A stretch of 64,000 nucleotides of DNA from Minisyncoccia bacterium (GTDB lineage Bacteria; Patescibacteriota; Minisyncoccia; Phycocordibacterales; UBA1006), in the NCBI GenBank assembly GCA_044229075.1, contig JBGATS010000003.1:12372-76371 (forward strand), in the 5' to 3' direction. This document shows positions 48,045 through 57,002 of this stretch, one piece after another. The notes beneath the pieces were generated by a model, which saw only the letters and a program-made list of their open reading frames with translations, had not been told where the DNA came from and made no database searches. Position numbers and translations under genes: made by a program. Numbering within the stretch: the first letter of the stretch is position 1; every line of letters begins with the position of its first letter.

Positions 48045-48317
48045 TTATTCTTGATCAATACTATAATCCTGTTCAATTCCTTGCTCTTCTTCAATCTCAC
48101 GCAATTGTTTAGTAAAATTCCGAAGCGTTCTCCATATTTCTGCTTTTTGTGAATCATCCTTGGGGAGATTTTTTAATTCTGATAATCGATCTAATGCATT
48201 ATTAATACTTTCTTTTATGTGAAATAATCGATCTTCTGGTTGTTGATCAAAAGATTCTTCTAATTTATCAACACTTTTATTGTTCTCTACTTTTTTACTA
48301 ATGGTATTTTCAAACAT
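48045..48317 (-). CDS. hypothetical acidic coiled-coil protein (90 aa)
   Basis: ORF only. Overlaps another small ORF. AT-rich. Confidence 0.25.
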   Translation of the reverse strand: MFENTISKKVENNKSVDKLEESFDQQPEDRLFHIKESINNALDRLSELKNLPKDDSQKAEIWRTLRNFTKQLREIEEEQGIEQDYSIDQE

Positions 48318-48333
48318 GTATTTTAAAAAATTA

Positions 48334-49389
48334 TTAATTAATAGTCTTCCCTGTCTTCACCACATGCTCGACAAGCGTGTGCGTATATCCCCATTCATTA
48401 TCATACCATGCCAGTACCTTTACCAAGTTTCCGCCAACAACGCGCGTCATTTCCAAATCCGCAATAGATGCATGTGTATTACCAAGAATATCTGACGACA
48501 CTAATGGTTCATCGGTAACTGCAAACACTCCTGACCATCGTGGATCTGCTGCAGCTTTTTTCAAAATCTCATTTACCTCATTTGCATCAGTCGTTCGCTT
48601 TGCAATAAAGGTTACATCCACAATTGATCCAGCCGGAACAGGAACACGTAGTGAAATTCCATCAAACAATCCGTCCAATTTTGGATATGCCTTTGCAACG
48701 GCAATAGCTGCACCTGTTGAACTTGGCACAATATTCTGTGCTGCTGCGCGACCTTCACGTAGATCTTTTTTACTTGGACCATCGACCAATGCTTGTGACG
48801 CGGTGTATCCGTGAGTTGTCGAAAGGATTGCTTTTTCAATTCCAATCGCTTCGTCCAAGATTCCGATCAATGGCGATGATGCGTTGGTGGTACATGACGC
48901 ATTACTCGTTACATCGCATGTTCCAAATTTTTCCTCATTAACACCCATTAAAATAGTTGCACCTGCTTCGTCTCCGCCTTTTGCAGGAGCTGAGATTACA
49001 ACTTTTTTTGCACCTGCGGTAATATGTGCTGCAGCCTTTGTATAATCCGTAAATAACCCGGTTGATTCAACCACGACATCTGTCGCGACACTTGCCCATG
49101 GAATCTGTGCTGGATCCTTTACTGCAAACACGGGAACTTTTTTATCATTAATAATCAAGTATCCGTTTTCTTTTACCGTTCCATCCTCATTCATGATCGG
49201 ATCGATTTTTGAAACACTATGGTTCCAGTTTCGATACACAGTGTCGTATTTTAATAAATACGCGAGCGAGTCGAGTGACCCAAGATCATTAATTCCCACG
49301 ATTTCAATATCGCCGCGATCCCATGCTTGCTTTAAAAATGCACGCCCAATGCGTCCAAATCCGTTAATTCCTGTTTTGATTGTTTTCAT
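48334..49389 (-). CDS. gap: glyceraldehyde-3-phosphate dehydrogenase, type I
   Basis: KTGINGFGRIGR (NAD-binding), SNASCTTNASSPLIGIL (catalytic ASCTTN), WYDNEWGY C-terminal motif. Start set at MKTIKTG (cat at 49387-49389) so that the upstream terminator hairpin is not inside the CDS. Confidence 0.9.
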   Translation of the reverse strand: MKTIKTGINGFGRIGRAFLKQAWDRGDIEIVGINDLGSLDSLAYLLKYDTVYRNWNHSVSKIDPIMNEDGTVKENGYLIINDKKVPVFAVKDPAQIPWASVATDVVVESTGLFTDYTKAAAHITAGAKKVVISAPAKGGDEAGATILMGVNEEKFGTCDVTSNASCTTNASSPLIGILDEAIGIEKAILSTTHGYTASQALVDGPSKKDLREGRAAAQNIVPSSTGAAIAVAKAYPKLDGLFDGISLRVPVPAGSIVDVTFIAKRTTDANEVNEILKKAAADPRWSGVFAVTDEPLVSSDILGNTHASIADLEMTRVVGGNLVKVLAWYDNEWGYTHTLVEHVVKTGKTIN

Positions 49390-49423
49390 ATAAATAGAGT
49401 ATATCAGAAATATATGAAATACA

Positions 49424-49460
49424 AAAAGCGGGAAAATGCTTCGCATTTTCCCGCTTTTTC
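49424..49460. terminator. rho-independent terminator hairpin
   Basis: aaaaagcgggaaaatgc-ttcg-cattttcccgcttttt. Confidence 0.6.
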
Positions 49461-49475
49461 ATTACTCTACATCCA

Positions 49476-49865
49476 CTATCTCACCAATTTTAAAACCCAA
49501 TACGCAATCATCGCAATCAATCCTCCACTGACGGTTCCCCATGCCATATCTACCAGTGCGAATTTCAACGGCCATCCGGTAATAATCGCCAAGTTCGTCA
49601 TGTCATACACACCGTAAACAATTAATCCTAAAAATGCTCCGTACAGTGCTGCCGTTCCTAAGCTTGTAATTTTAGGAAATACAAATAATATAGTACCCAG
49701 CGCGAGTAATACATACACAACAACCGCAGGCCACAATTTAAAATCTCCTGTCATCCATGGCGACAGCATTTTAGTATTAAAGGGTTTCATAATAATCCCG
49801 AGCCAGATGAAATCGAGGATAATAACAGAAATAAATGATGTGATGAAAATGATGAGGGTGTTCAT
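49476..49865 (-). CDS. integral membrane protein (DUF2177-like), 129 aa
   Basis: Four hydrophobic helices. Start taken at MNTLIIF (cat at 49863-49865). Confidence 0.4.
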   Translation of the reverse strand: MNTLIIFITSFISVIILDFIWLGIIMKPFNTKMLSPWMTGDFKLWPAVVVYVLLALGTILFVFPKITSLGTAALYGAFLGLIVYGVYDMTNLAIITGWPLKFALVDMAWGTVSGGLIAMIAYWVLKLVR

Positions 49866-49972
49866 GGTGTTAGTATAGCATAATTTAGTTTTTTGTTTTT
49901 TGAAAAAACTTGACAATATTTTTGATTTGTGTATAATTTAGGTAAATATTGTAAACAAAAAAATAATTTAAA

Positions 49973-50470
49973 ATGAAAAAGAAACAAAAATTATCAGGAA
50001 AGAAAAAAGATTTAATTATTAACAAGTTACATATACTAACTCAACTTCTTAATGAGAGAGAAATTAATCTCATGCACATAATTATGCAAAATGAAGAAGA
50101 GGTATTAAAAACTATTAAATTATGTAAATCTAAAAAAATTTCAGTTAATGATTTAGTATACAGATGGGAACTTGTAGATGATAAACCTATTTTTGACGAA
50201 ACAGAAGATTTTTCATCTTTTATGAAATTTACATTAACTGGGAAAATTAGTCTTCCAGGAGAGCACGAATTACAAAAAATATACTTTGATTTTTGTCATG
50301 ATGAGGATGGAAAAATATGCGTATTTTTTCAGGACTACTTTAGTACATGGTTTTCACAAAATGCATTAGGATGTTTTTATTTAGAAAATATTTATTTAAA
50401 AAATGGTATGAAAGAATTAAATAAACTTATTTTATTTCAAGAAAAACTTGTAAATTTCTTAAAATCCTAA
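49973..50470 (+). CDS. hypothetical protein (165 aa), AT-rich orphan
   Basis: Isolated plus-strand ORF in an AT-rich patch, convergent with the helicase-nuclease gene. No motifs recognised. Confidence 0.35.
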   Translation: MKKKQKLSGKKKDLIINKLHILTQLLNEREINLMHIIMQNEEEVLKTIKLCKSKKISVNDLVYRWELVDDKPIFDETEDFSSFMKFTLTGKISLPGEHELQKIYFDFCHDEDGKICVFFQDYFSTWFSQNALGCFYLENIYLKNGMKELNKLILFQEKLVNFLKS

Positions 50471-50488
50471 AATTTCTTTATGGGAAAC

Positions 50489-50528
50489 AAAAAGCGAACC
50501 AATCTCCCAGAGTTGTTTCGCTTTTTTT
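50489..50528. terminator. bidirectional rho-independent terminator
   Basis: aaaaagcgaacc-aatctcccagag-ttgtttcgcttttttt (one mismatch in the stem). The T-run overlaps the helicase stop codon. Confidence 0.5.
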
Positions 50529-53500
50529 ATTTCCCCAAAATCTTATTCATCCTCGCACAATACTCACATTCTGTACTTTTGCCAAACGGTTTTGAATTAC
50601 ACGGTCGATCTACCCATTCACCTGACATTAACAAATTTTGATAATCTGCGATGTCGCGAATCAATAATTCAATTTGTTCTCCGTTTACATGCGTTCGATA
50701 GAGCGCATTTTTTTGTTTCAAGTCTTCTTCCAGGAAAAGTAATCGCGATTCAGTTACATCGTTCCCTTCTGATCCACGAATTAGGTACGAATACATCGCA
50801 AGCTGTCGCATCATTCCGGACAATCGATTTTCATCATCCAACTTTTCAATCACACCAGTTGTCTTGCTTGATCCGGTCTTGAAATCCGTCACAATAATTG
50901 TGCCGCCTGTCCCGCTAATGGCGGGATCAGGAAATCGCTCGGTAAGATCAATCTTTCCATACATGGTCAGGTTTGGAAATTGTTTGTCGCGATAGGTCAG
51001 TGACCGTTCCGCCACGCGATCTTTTGCCAGATTCGCATAGTATCCTGTTATCCATGAATTCACTGCAGCCAGTGCGTCATGCGCAAGTCGTGTGTGTTCA
51101 TTTTTATCCGTGATTCCCTCGTCATGAAGTTCCTTGTCTATGTATACTTTAATATCCGATTCATTCGGAAGTGTGCTTGATTTCAAGATATATTCAATCG
51201 TACTGTGAACCGCAGAACCCAGCGCAAGCGATACAGACTTCAGTTCTGGCAGTTTCAGGAAATTTCTGAAATACCATTTCCATGGACATTCATAAAAATT
51301 ATTGAGCATCGATACGGAAATCTTTGTTTCAGTAAATCGTTCTGTTACAAACTGTTTAATATCTTCAATGAGCACGTCTGAAGCTCCTCCCTCTCCTAGT
51401 GTAGGAGAGGGCCGGGGTGAGGTCGTTGCATAATTGCGCGGATCATTTTGAATGATAGACGCTTCGTTTTCGTCGGCACTGAGCTTTACAAAGTACTCGT
51501 CCGACAAATCCTCAATAATATGCGCAAGTGTAAGCACTGCACCGTCATCGCGCTTTGCGGCATAACTGATCGTGCAGAATTGCTTTGCACGAGTGATTGC
51601 AACATATAATTCTCGTTTTGCCGTCAGTATGTCACGTTCTGCAATTTTTTCTTTGACTGATTCTGGAAGTGTGAACGCACTTGCCTTTTCACTCATTAAA
51701 ATTTCCTCGTTCATATGACCAATCCAAACATGATCGTATTCCAATCCTTTTGATTTGTGCAAGGTCATTACTCGAATTCCCGATCTGTTTCCAAGTCGTG
51801 CGATTTCCACCGTGTTTCCGTAATTGTTCAACCGCTTGAAATAATCCAAAAAGTTTGAAAGATTTCCCGTCGGGTTTTTCTCTGTCCATGCGGTCGATGC
51901 GTGAATGAAACTGCGAACAATCTCAATTGATTTCAATAGCTCATCATGACTGTTTGATTGATCAATCAATGATTCATTTCCAACGAAACTGACTGTGTGC
52001 ATTACATCGGTGTGCGACAATAATTCTATCCATGACTGTAATTTCTTTCCAAACACTGCAATAGCGTGTTCGCCTGCAAACAATCCATCATCGGCTCCAT
52101 AATGTACTAAATCATCAATCGAAAGATTGTCCATTTTTTTAATACTTTTCAAAAACTTGTGGGCCTGCATTGGTGGCACAAGACTTGTTTTATCAAGTAA
52201 TGCTTCTGCAAGTAATACATTATTAAAAGGATTTGCAATGATGCCAAGTATACGAAGCAAACTCTGAGTTTCTGCTGTATCGAGGAGTGAAACATTTTGT
52301 TCTGAAATAACAGGAAGTCCAAGAGATCGAAGTGCAGCGGCAGCTGCTTTTGCGTGGCGATTCTTTGGAACCAGTAATGCGCACTCATCAGCGGATCCTC
52401 CGTTTGCAATAACAGATTTGAAATATAAACCTGCGCCGATAATTTCGTCGCGATTGTAATGAAATTCTGAAAGTTTCACTAAATCATTTCCGTCTTTATT
52501 ACTATTCAATACCTCATTCGTAACCGAACTTTTTAGCAATTCATCTGCAAGGTTTAAAATTGGCGCAGTTGATCGGTAATTTTCTGTCAGTGTGATCATT
52601 TTTGCATTTCCAAAAGCCGTTTTGAAATCTGTAAAGTAACCAATGTTTGCACCAGAGAATCCATAAATCAACTGGCGATCATCACCTACTACGAACAAAT
52701 CTGGACGTTCAACATCTGACCAAACTGCTTTTAAAAATTGGTTCTGCACACCACTTGAGTCTTGGTGTTCATCAACCAACACATACTGATGATTTTCTCG
52801 TAGGTCGGCACGAACATCTTCGAATTGCTCTGCAAGTTGCACCGCAAATTCCAAAACATCATCATAATCCATAAATCCGCGATCGTGCTTCAAACTTTCA
52901 TACTGTTCGTAAAATGCAACCACTTCGCGTGTTCGATTTAAACTCTCAATTTTCTTCTCGACTTCTTTTTTTAATTGACCTTTTGATTCACCACGCGTGG
53001 AAATACTTATGGGATCATCTTGTAGGGATTTGATATCTTTTTCAACTTCACCCAGAAACTGCTGCGGTGACATACGTTCACGTTTCAAGATCGAAATTAA
53101 CCCGCGCAAATCATGAAAATATTTTGATGGATCAGTTCGTGGTCGCAAATAATCCCAAGTTCCATTTTGAAGAAGTTCATCCACAAGAACAATTGCTTCG
53201 GCATCATCAAGCAGTTTTGGAGAACTAATAAAATCAAGCAGATTATAATATTTCTCGATAAGTCCAATAGCAAAACTGTGGAATGTTGTGATTCGCACAT
53301 CGCGTGCACGCGTTCCAATATATCCTTCCAAACGCTGTCGCATCGCCGAAACACCTGAACGTGTAAATGTGAGACATAAAATACCTGATGGCGGAATATC
53401 CGTTTTGACCAGAATATTCGCAATACGCAGTGTTAATACTTGAGTCTTTCCTGTTCCTGGACCTGCTACTACCATGACTGGACCGTCGATAGTGTCTACT

Positions 53501-53565
53501 GCGAGTTGTTGTGCAGTATTGAGCATACGATATGCAGATTGAAATTGATTCCATTCTAAATTCAT
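50527..53565 (-). CDS. UvrD/PcrA-family SF1 helicase fused to a C-terminal RecB/Cas4-like PD-(D/E)xK nuclease domain with Cys cluster (AddA-like helicase-nuclease)
   Basis: AGPGTGKTQVLTLRIANIL (Walker A, motif I). YVLVDEHQDSSGVQ (DExQ, motif II). The C-terminal domain has an N-terminal Cys (YECPWKWY), then ...DFKTG...YSYL... (PD-(D/E)xK-like), then a terminal C...CEYCA. The four Cys are typical of AddB/Cas4 Fe-S nucleases. Confidence 0.8.
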   Translation of the reverse strand: MNLEWNQFQSAYRMLNTAQQLAVDTIDGPVMVVAGPGTGKTQVLTLRIANILVKTDIPPSGILCLTFTRSGVSAMRQRLEGYIGTRARDVRITTFHSFAIGLIEKYYNLLDFISSPKLLDDAEAIVLVDELLQNGTWDYLRPRTDPSKYFHDLRGLISILKRERMSPQQFLGEVEKDIKSLQDDPISISTRGESKGQLKKEVEKKIESLNRTREVVAFYEQYESLKHDRGFMDYDDVLEFAVQLAEQFEDVRADLRENHQYVLVDEHQDSSGVQNQFLKAVWSDVERPDLFVVGDDRQLIYGFSGANIGYFTDFKTAFGNAKMITLTENYRSTAPILNLADELLKSSVTNEVLNSNKDGNDLVKLSEFHYNRDEIIGAGLYFKSVIANGGSADECALLVPKNRHAKAAAAALRSLGLPVISEQNVSLLDTAETQSLLRILGIIANPFNNVLLAEALLDKTSLVPPMQAHKFLKSIKKMDNLSIDDLVHYGADDGLFAGEHAIAVFGKKLQSWIELLSHTDVMHTVSFVGNESLIDQSNSHDELLKSIEIVRSFIHASTAWTEKNPTGNLSNFLDYFKRLNNYGNTVEIARLGNRSGIRVMTLHKSKGLEYDHVWIGHMNEEILMSEKASAFTLPESVKEKIAERDILTAKRELYVAITRAKQFCTISYAAKRDDGAVLTLAHIIEDLSDEYFVKLSADENEASIIQNDPRNYATTSPRPSPTLGEGGASDVLIEDIKQFVTERFTETKISVSMLNNFYECPWKWYFRNFLKLPELKSVSLALGSAVHSTIEYILKSSTLPNESDIKVYIDKELHDEGITDKNEHTRLAHDALAAVNSWITGYYANLAKDRVAERSLTYRDKQFPNLTMYGKIDLTERFPDPAISGTGGTIIVTDFKTGSSKTTGVIEKLDDENRLSGMMRQLAMYSYLIRGSEGNDVTESRLLFLEEDLKQKNALYRTHVNGEQIELLIRDIADYQNLLMSGEWVDRPCNSKPFGKSTECEYCARMNKILGK

Positions 53566-53610
53566 ACTATAAGTATATCATAGGATATGTATTTCCTAAA
53601 TGAGTCACCC

Positions 53611-53633
53611 CCGATACAGAGCGCCAAGCTATC
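53611..53633 (+). other. recurrent intergenic hairpin motif, copy 2 (GATAC-AGAGCGCCAAG-CTATC)
   Basis: Stem with an outer G:C replacing A:U (covariation) and one C:C mismatch. Lies in the 190-nt leader upstream of the helicase-nuclease gene. Confidence 0.3.
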
Positions 53634-53755
53634 AACTTGAACCAAGTGCTAGTGTATCAGTGTAAAAAGCGCTCAGGTATTTATAAGGTATTAAGAAATA
53701 TTTTAGCCAGAACACTAAACCACTAGAGACGACTATTCTGGAATTTTATTAAAAA

Positions 53756-54313
53756 TTATATCACCATGAGTTTCTTAAATATTTCAAAAGTTGCCCGAAT
53801 ATCAGCAAGTGCGGTATGCGCTTTCTCGTTCTTGATCCCAAGACGTTCACATAATTCCCGCAGAGTAAAACTCGTCATCGTAGCGTCTTTCCGGAATCGC
53901 ATATACGCCAAGGAGATCGTATCGAGCTTTGCGTAATAAAAAGGATCTTTAATCCCTTTTTGACCAAACGCATACGATAAAAATGAATAGTCAAAACTGA
54001 TGTTTTGCCCTACCAAAATACATCCATCACATTTTTGGGAAAGTGTTTTCAATGCTTCCTCGAGTGTATGGGCGAACATCCATGCAGACTCATCGTATCT
54101 ATTAACCCGTAATGCCTCTGACTCTGCGGTTTCGATATGTTCTGGTTGTACCTTGAATTCGAACTCGTCAGTAGCAACCCATTCTCCGGCATCATTCTGT
54201 TTTGCGATGAGACATCCAATTTCAATAATTTCATGTTTATACGGATTGAGTCCTGTGGTTTCAATATCAACAAATGCGAGTTTTTTACCTTTCATAGTAA
54301 TTAAGTATACCAA
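53756..54313 (-). CDS. DEDDh 3-prime-5-prime exonuclease (DnaQ/PolIII epsilon-like)
   Basis: LAFVDIETTGLNP (Exo I), ...FDYSFL... (Exo II), AHTALADIRATFEIF (Exo III with His, DEDDh). Confidence 0.8.
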   Translation of the reverse strand: MVYLITMKGKKLAFVDIETTGLNPYKHEIIEIGCLIAKQNDAGEWVATDEFEFKVQPEHIETAESEALRVNRYDESAWMFAHTLEEALKTLSQKCDGCILVGQNISFDYSFLSYAFGQKGIKDPFYYAKLDTISLAYMRFRKDATMTSFTLRELCERLGIKNEKAHTALADIRATFEIFKKLMVI

Positions 54314-54344
54314 AAATTAAAAAATAGTGAAGTTTCTTATTAAA

Positions 54345-54695
54345 TTAATTTTTATTCTGTTTTCCGGTATTTTCATAGCTATTTACAATAAATTCTGATG
54401 CATTACTTACATTTCCTGAAATATTAAAAAGTCCATCCGTTGGATTTGGATAGACATTAAAATCTTCAAATATTGAGCTATTGTTTTCTATTGCTGTTGG
54501 TGTATTAATTACATTAACCTGACTTGTTCTATTGCCTACTTTGTCATAAAAATACGTTTCACTATTTCCATTTGGAAATGTGGCTGTTTTGATACGATTT
54601 TTGGAGTCGTAGGTGTATTTAATTGATTGTGCTTTAATTATTATAGTAAAAAACAAACTAAATAAAAGTACAATTAACAATTTTAAATTATTCAT
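54345..54695 (-). CDS. signal-peptide YD/RHS-repeat fragment with truncated T9SS C-terminal sorting-domain-like tail (orphan fragment)
   Basis: MNNLKLLIVLLFSLFFTIIIKAQS (signal). YTYDSKNRIKTATFPNGNSETYFYDKVGNRT (YD repeats). VYPNPTDGLFNISG resembles the start of a Por/T9SS CTD, cut short by the stop. Very AT-rich. Confidence 0.4.
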   Translation of the reverse strand: MNNLKLLIVLLFSLFFTIIIKAQSIKYTYDSKNRIKTATFPNGNSETYFYDKVGNRTSQVNVINTPTAIENNSSIFEDFNVYPNPTDGLFNISGNVSNASEFIVNSYENTGKQNKN

Positions 54696-54698
54696 AAT

Positions 54699-55136
54699 TT
54701 AATTAAGATTTAAATAATTTTTAGCTTCTAAGGTTGTTGTAAATAATAATTCGGGATAAATATTCAAAAATTCATTGATGCTATTTTCTAGAACAAACTC
54801 AATTAATAATTCATAATTAGTCTTTATATAATTTATTAATAGCTTTTCATTAAGTTCTAAATCTAACGGTAAAAAATCATACTCGTTATTATTTATTTTA
54901 AATGTGAACCTAGTTCTTATATCTCCATCTGAGTCCTTAGGGTATTCTAATGTAGGATGCAAAGCTTTAAAAACATAGCCCAAATTAAAATAATATGCAC
55001 TAGAATATGCTGATCTTTGTATTCCTACTACACATATTATTTCACTATTTTGTTTATAATAAAAATTACCTTTTTTTATAAAGCCTAATAATTTAAAGTA
55101 ATTTAATATTTGTTTTTTTAATTCTTTTATGTCCAT
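54699..55136 (-). CDS. putative immunity protein for the adjacent RHS toxin (145 aa)
   Basis: Immediately downstream (2-nt gap) of the toxin module, same strand, AT-rich. The assignment is from context only. Confidence 0.35.
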   Translation of the reverse strand: MDIKELKKQILNYFKLLGFIKKGNFYYKQNSEIICVVGIQRSAYSSAYYFNLGYVFKALHPTLEYPKDSDGDIRTRFTFKINNNEYDFLPLDLELNEKLLINYIKTNYELLIEFVLENSINEFLNIYPELLFTTTLEAKNYLNLN

Positions 55137-55137
55137 A

Positions 55138-55899
55138 TTAGTATAAATCTAAAACTGTTTTCCAACCTTTTCCATATAATTTCTCAACTTCTATTAAATA
55201 CATTTGTAGTTGTTTTTTACCTTCTTTGATTTGTCTTGGATTATTTGGTTTTAACTCATAAATTATCTTATTTTCAAAATCTATAAAATCAATTCTTAAT
55301 CCGCTAGGCAATCTAAATTCTTTACATCTTATACACTTAATCCCTTTTTTTAAAACATCATTAGCTTTATATAATCTATGCATTTCTTGACCAATTTTAA
55401 AACTTGATTTAGTGTAGTTAACCCCTTTTATTGAGGCTCTACCCACAGTTCCACCACCTGCCACACCTGGCAATGCTGTAGTTACAACATCTAATGCTAA
55501 AAATACAAAATTACCCAAAGTTGGATTGTTTCTATATTCATTTAAATCATAAGCAAATGATGCAACATCAGCAGCTGTTTCCACATATTCCCCATTCGGA
55601 TCAACATTCATTATCGGATTATTATCCGCATACGGAAATAAATTGGTACTCCATACAGGATCTTCTGAATAGAATCTCCCATAGTAGGGATTATAGCATC
55701 TATTCCGCATATAGTAAAGGTTTTGGAGGTCGTACTGAACGCCATATTTTCCTACATATTTAAAGGGTTGTTCAAATTGTTGTGTTTGGTTGGTTACATC
55801 ACCAAATGTGCCGTAGCGGTAGGTATGCGTAACGGTACGGTTTCTATCCAATATCATAGTGGTAGAACCTCTGGGGTTATAATTAAAAAAAACACCCAT
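55138..55899 (-). CDS. orphan RHS-repeat-associated core C-terminal fragment with polymorphic toxin domain (probable PD-(D/E)xK-type nuclease toxin)
   Basis: YYMRNRCYNPYYGRFYSEDPVWSTNLFPYADNNPIMNVDPNGEY matches the RHS core terminus (RYYDP..GRF.S.DP...NLY.Y..NNP....DP.G). The following about 150 aa include RIDFIDFENKIIYELKP (D...E.K nuclease-like). Confidence 0.6.
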   Translation of the reverse strand: MGVFFNYNPRGSTTMILDRNRTVTHTYRYGTFGDVTNQTQQFEQPFKYVGKYGVQYDLQNLYYMRNRCYNPYYGRFYSEDPVWSTNLFPYADNNPIMNVDPNGEYVETAADVASFAYDLNEYRNNPTLGNFVFLALDVVTTALPGVAGGGTVGRASIKGVNYTKSSFKIGQEMHRLYKANDVLKKGIKCIRCKEFRLPSGLRIDFIDFENKIIYELKPNNPRQIKEGKKQLQMYLIEVEKLYGKGWKTVLDLY

Positions 55900-55910
55900 A
55901 AAAATCGGTG

Positions 55911-56996
55911 TTATTTCAAATATTTCTCCTTGTTTTTTAGATGTTCTTGATACATTTCTGCGTAATGAATAGTTCCCTGATCATCATGAAGATAATACCA
56001 ATACGGTGAATCAACAGGGTTGAGTGCGGCACTGATCATCATTTTTCCTGGATTACCGATAGGACCTGCGGGGAGCCCTGTTCGTGTGTAGGTGTTATAG
56101 GCAGAATCTTTTTGTAAATCGTTCATAGTGAGTTCGCTACTAGTTTTTCCTAATGTATATTTAAACGTTGCATCCACCTGCAGCGGCAATCCTTTTTCCA
56201 TTCGTTTCCATAAAATTCCGGCAACTACCCTTGCCTCTTCTGCATTATTTGCCTCCCGTTCCAATATTGATGCCATGGTTATAATCTCTGCTGCAGTGCG
56301 CACTTTCCCACCATAGGAAACAATGGTTGTTGCATCTTTTGGGTTTTCTGAGGTTTGAAACATATCTTGAAAACTTCTCATTACCATATTCCATTGATCC
56401 TGTAATTTGGTAATAATCTGGTCAACTGATTGAGTTCGGAAAAAATAATACGTATCAGGGAAAAGGTATCCTTCCTGGGAAACAGTTTCCTGGAGAAAAA
56501 CATCTCGACGAAATTCAGGTATTTTTTGGGAGAGGATGTCTGCCATCTCGTACCGAGTAATTCCCTCGGGGAATGTTATCTTGATACGACTATTTCCGTA
56601 TGACCCACGAACAAATCGTCTGGCAATAGAAAAAACATGTTCTGGTTTTTCCAGTAGATAATCCCCGGTAACAATTGGTTTTCCTTTCCACCGGGAAGAC
56701 ATAATTACACGGAACCATAATGATGATCGGATGAGTTGGTTATTCTGTGCAACTGACGCAAGTTCCCGAATCGTCATTCCAGAATATACGGTAATCATGG
56801 TGCCTGGTTTGAAATGTTTTGGTGGTAATGAAATAATAAAAATCCATACAATAATACCTACCAGTAATCCTATACAAAACAACATTACATACCAAAAAAC
56901 TCCTCGCTTTTTCTGTGCGTGAGTTTCTGTGGGAGAGACCGGAATATCCGCGGCTACTTCTGCCAAGAGAGATTGATAGTCAGGATGTATATCCAT
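55911..56996 (-). CDS. mltG: endolytic murein transglycosylase MltG (YceG family)
   Basis: N-terminal TM, then KITFPEGITRYEMADILSQ..., then the YceG-like domain to the C-terminus. Confidence 0.8.
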   Translation of the reverse strand: MDIHPDYQSLLAEVAADIPVSPTETHAQKKRGVFWYVMLFCIGLLVGIIVWIFIISLPPKHFKPGTMITVYSGMTIRELASVAQNNQLIRSSLWFRVIMSSRWKGKPIVTGDYLLEKPEHVFSIARRFVRGSYGNSRIKITFPEGITRYEMADILSQKIPEFRRDVFLQETVSQEGYLFPDTYYFFRTQSVDQIITKLQDQWNMVMRSFQDMFQTSENPKDATTIVSYGGKVRTAAEIITMASILEREANNAEEARVVAGILWKRMEKGLPLQVDATFKYTLGKTSSELTMNDLQKDSAYNTYTRTGLPAGPIGNPGKMMISAALNPVDSPYWYYLHDDQGTIHYAEMYQEHLKNKEKYLK

Positions 56997-57002
56997 AAAA
57001 AA

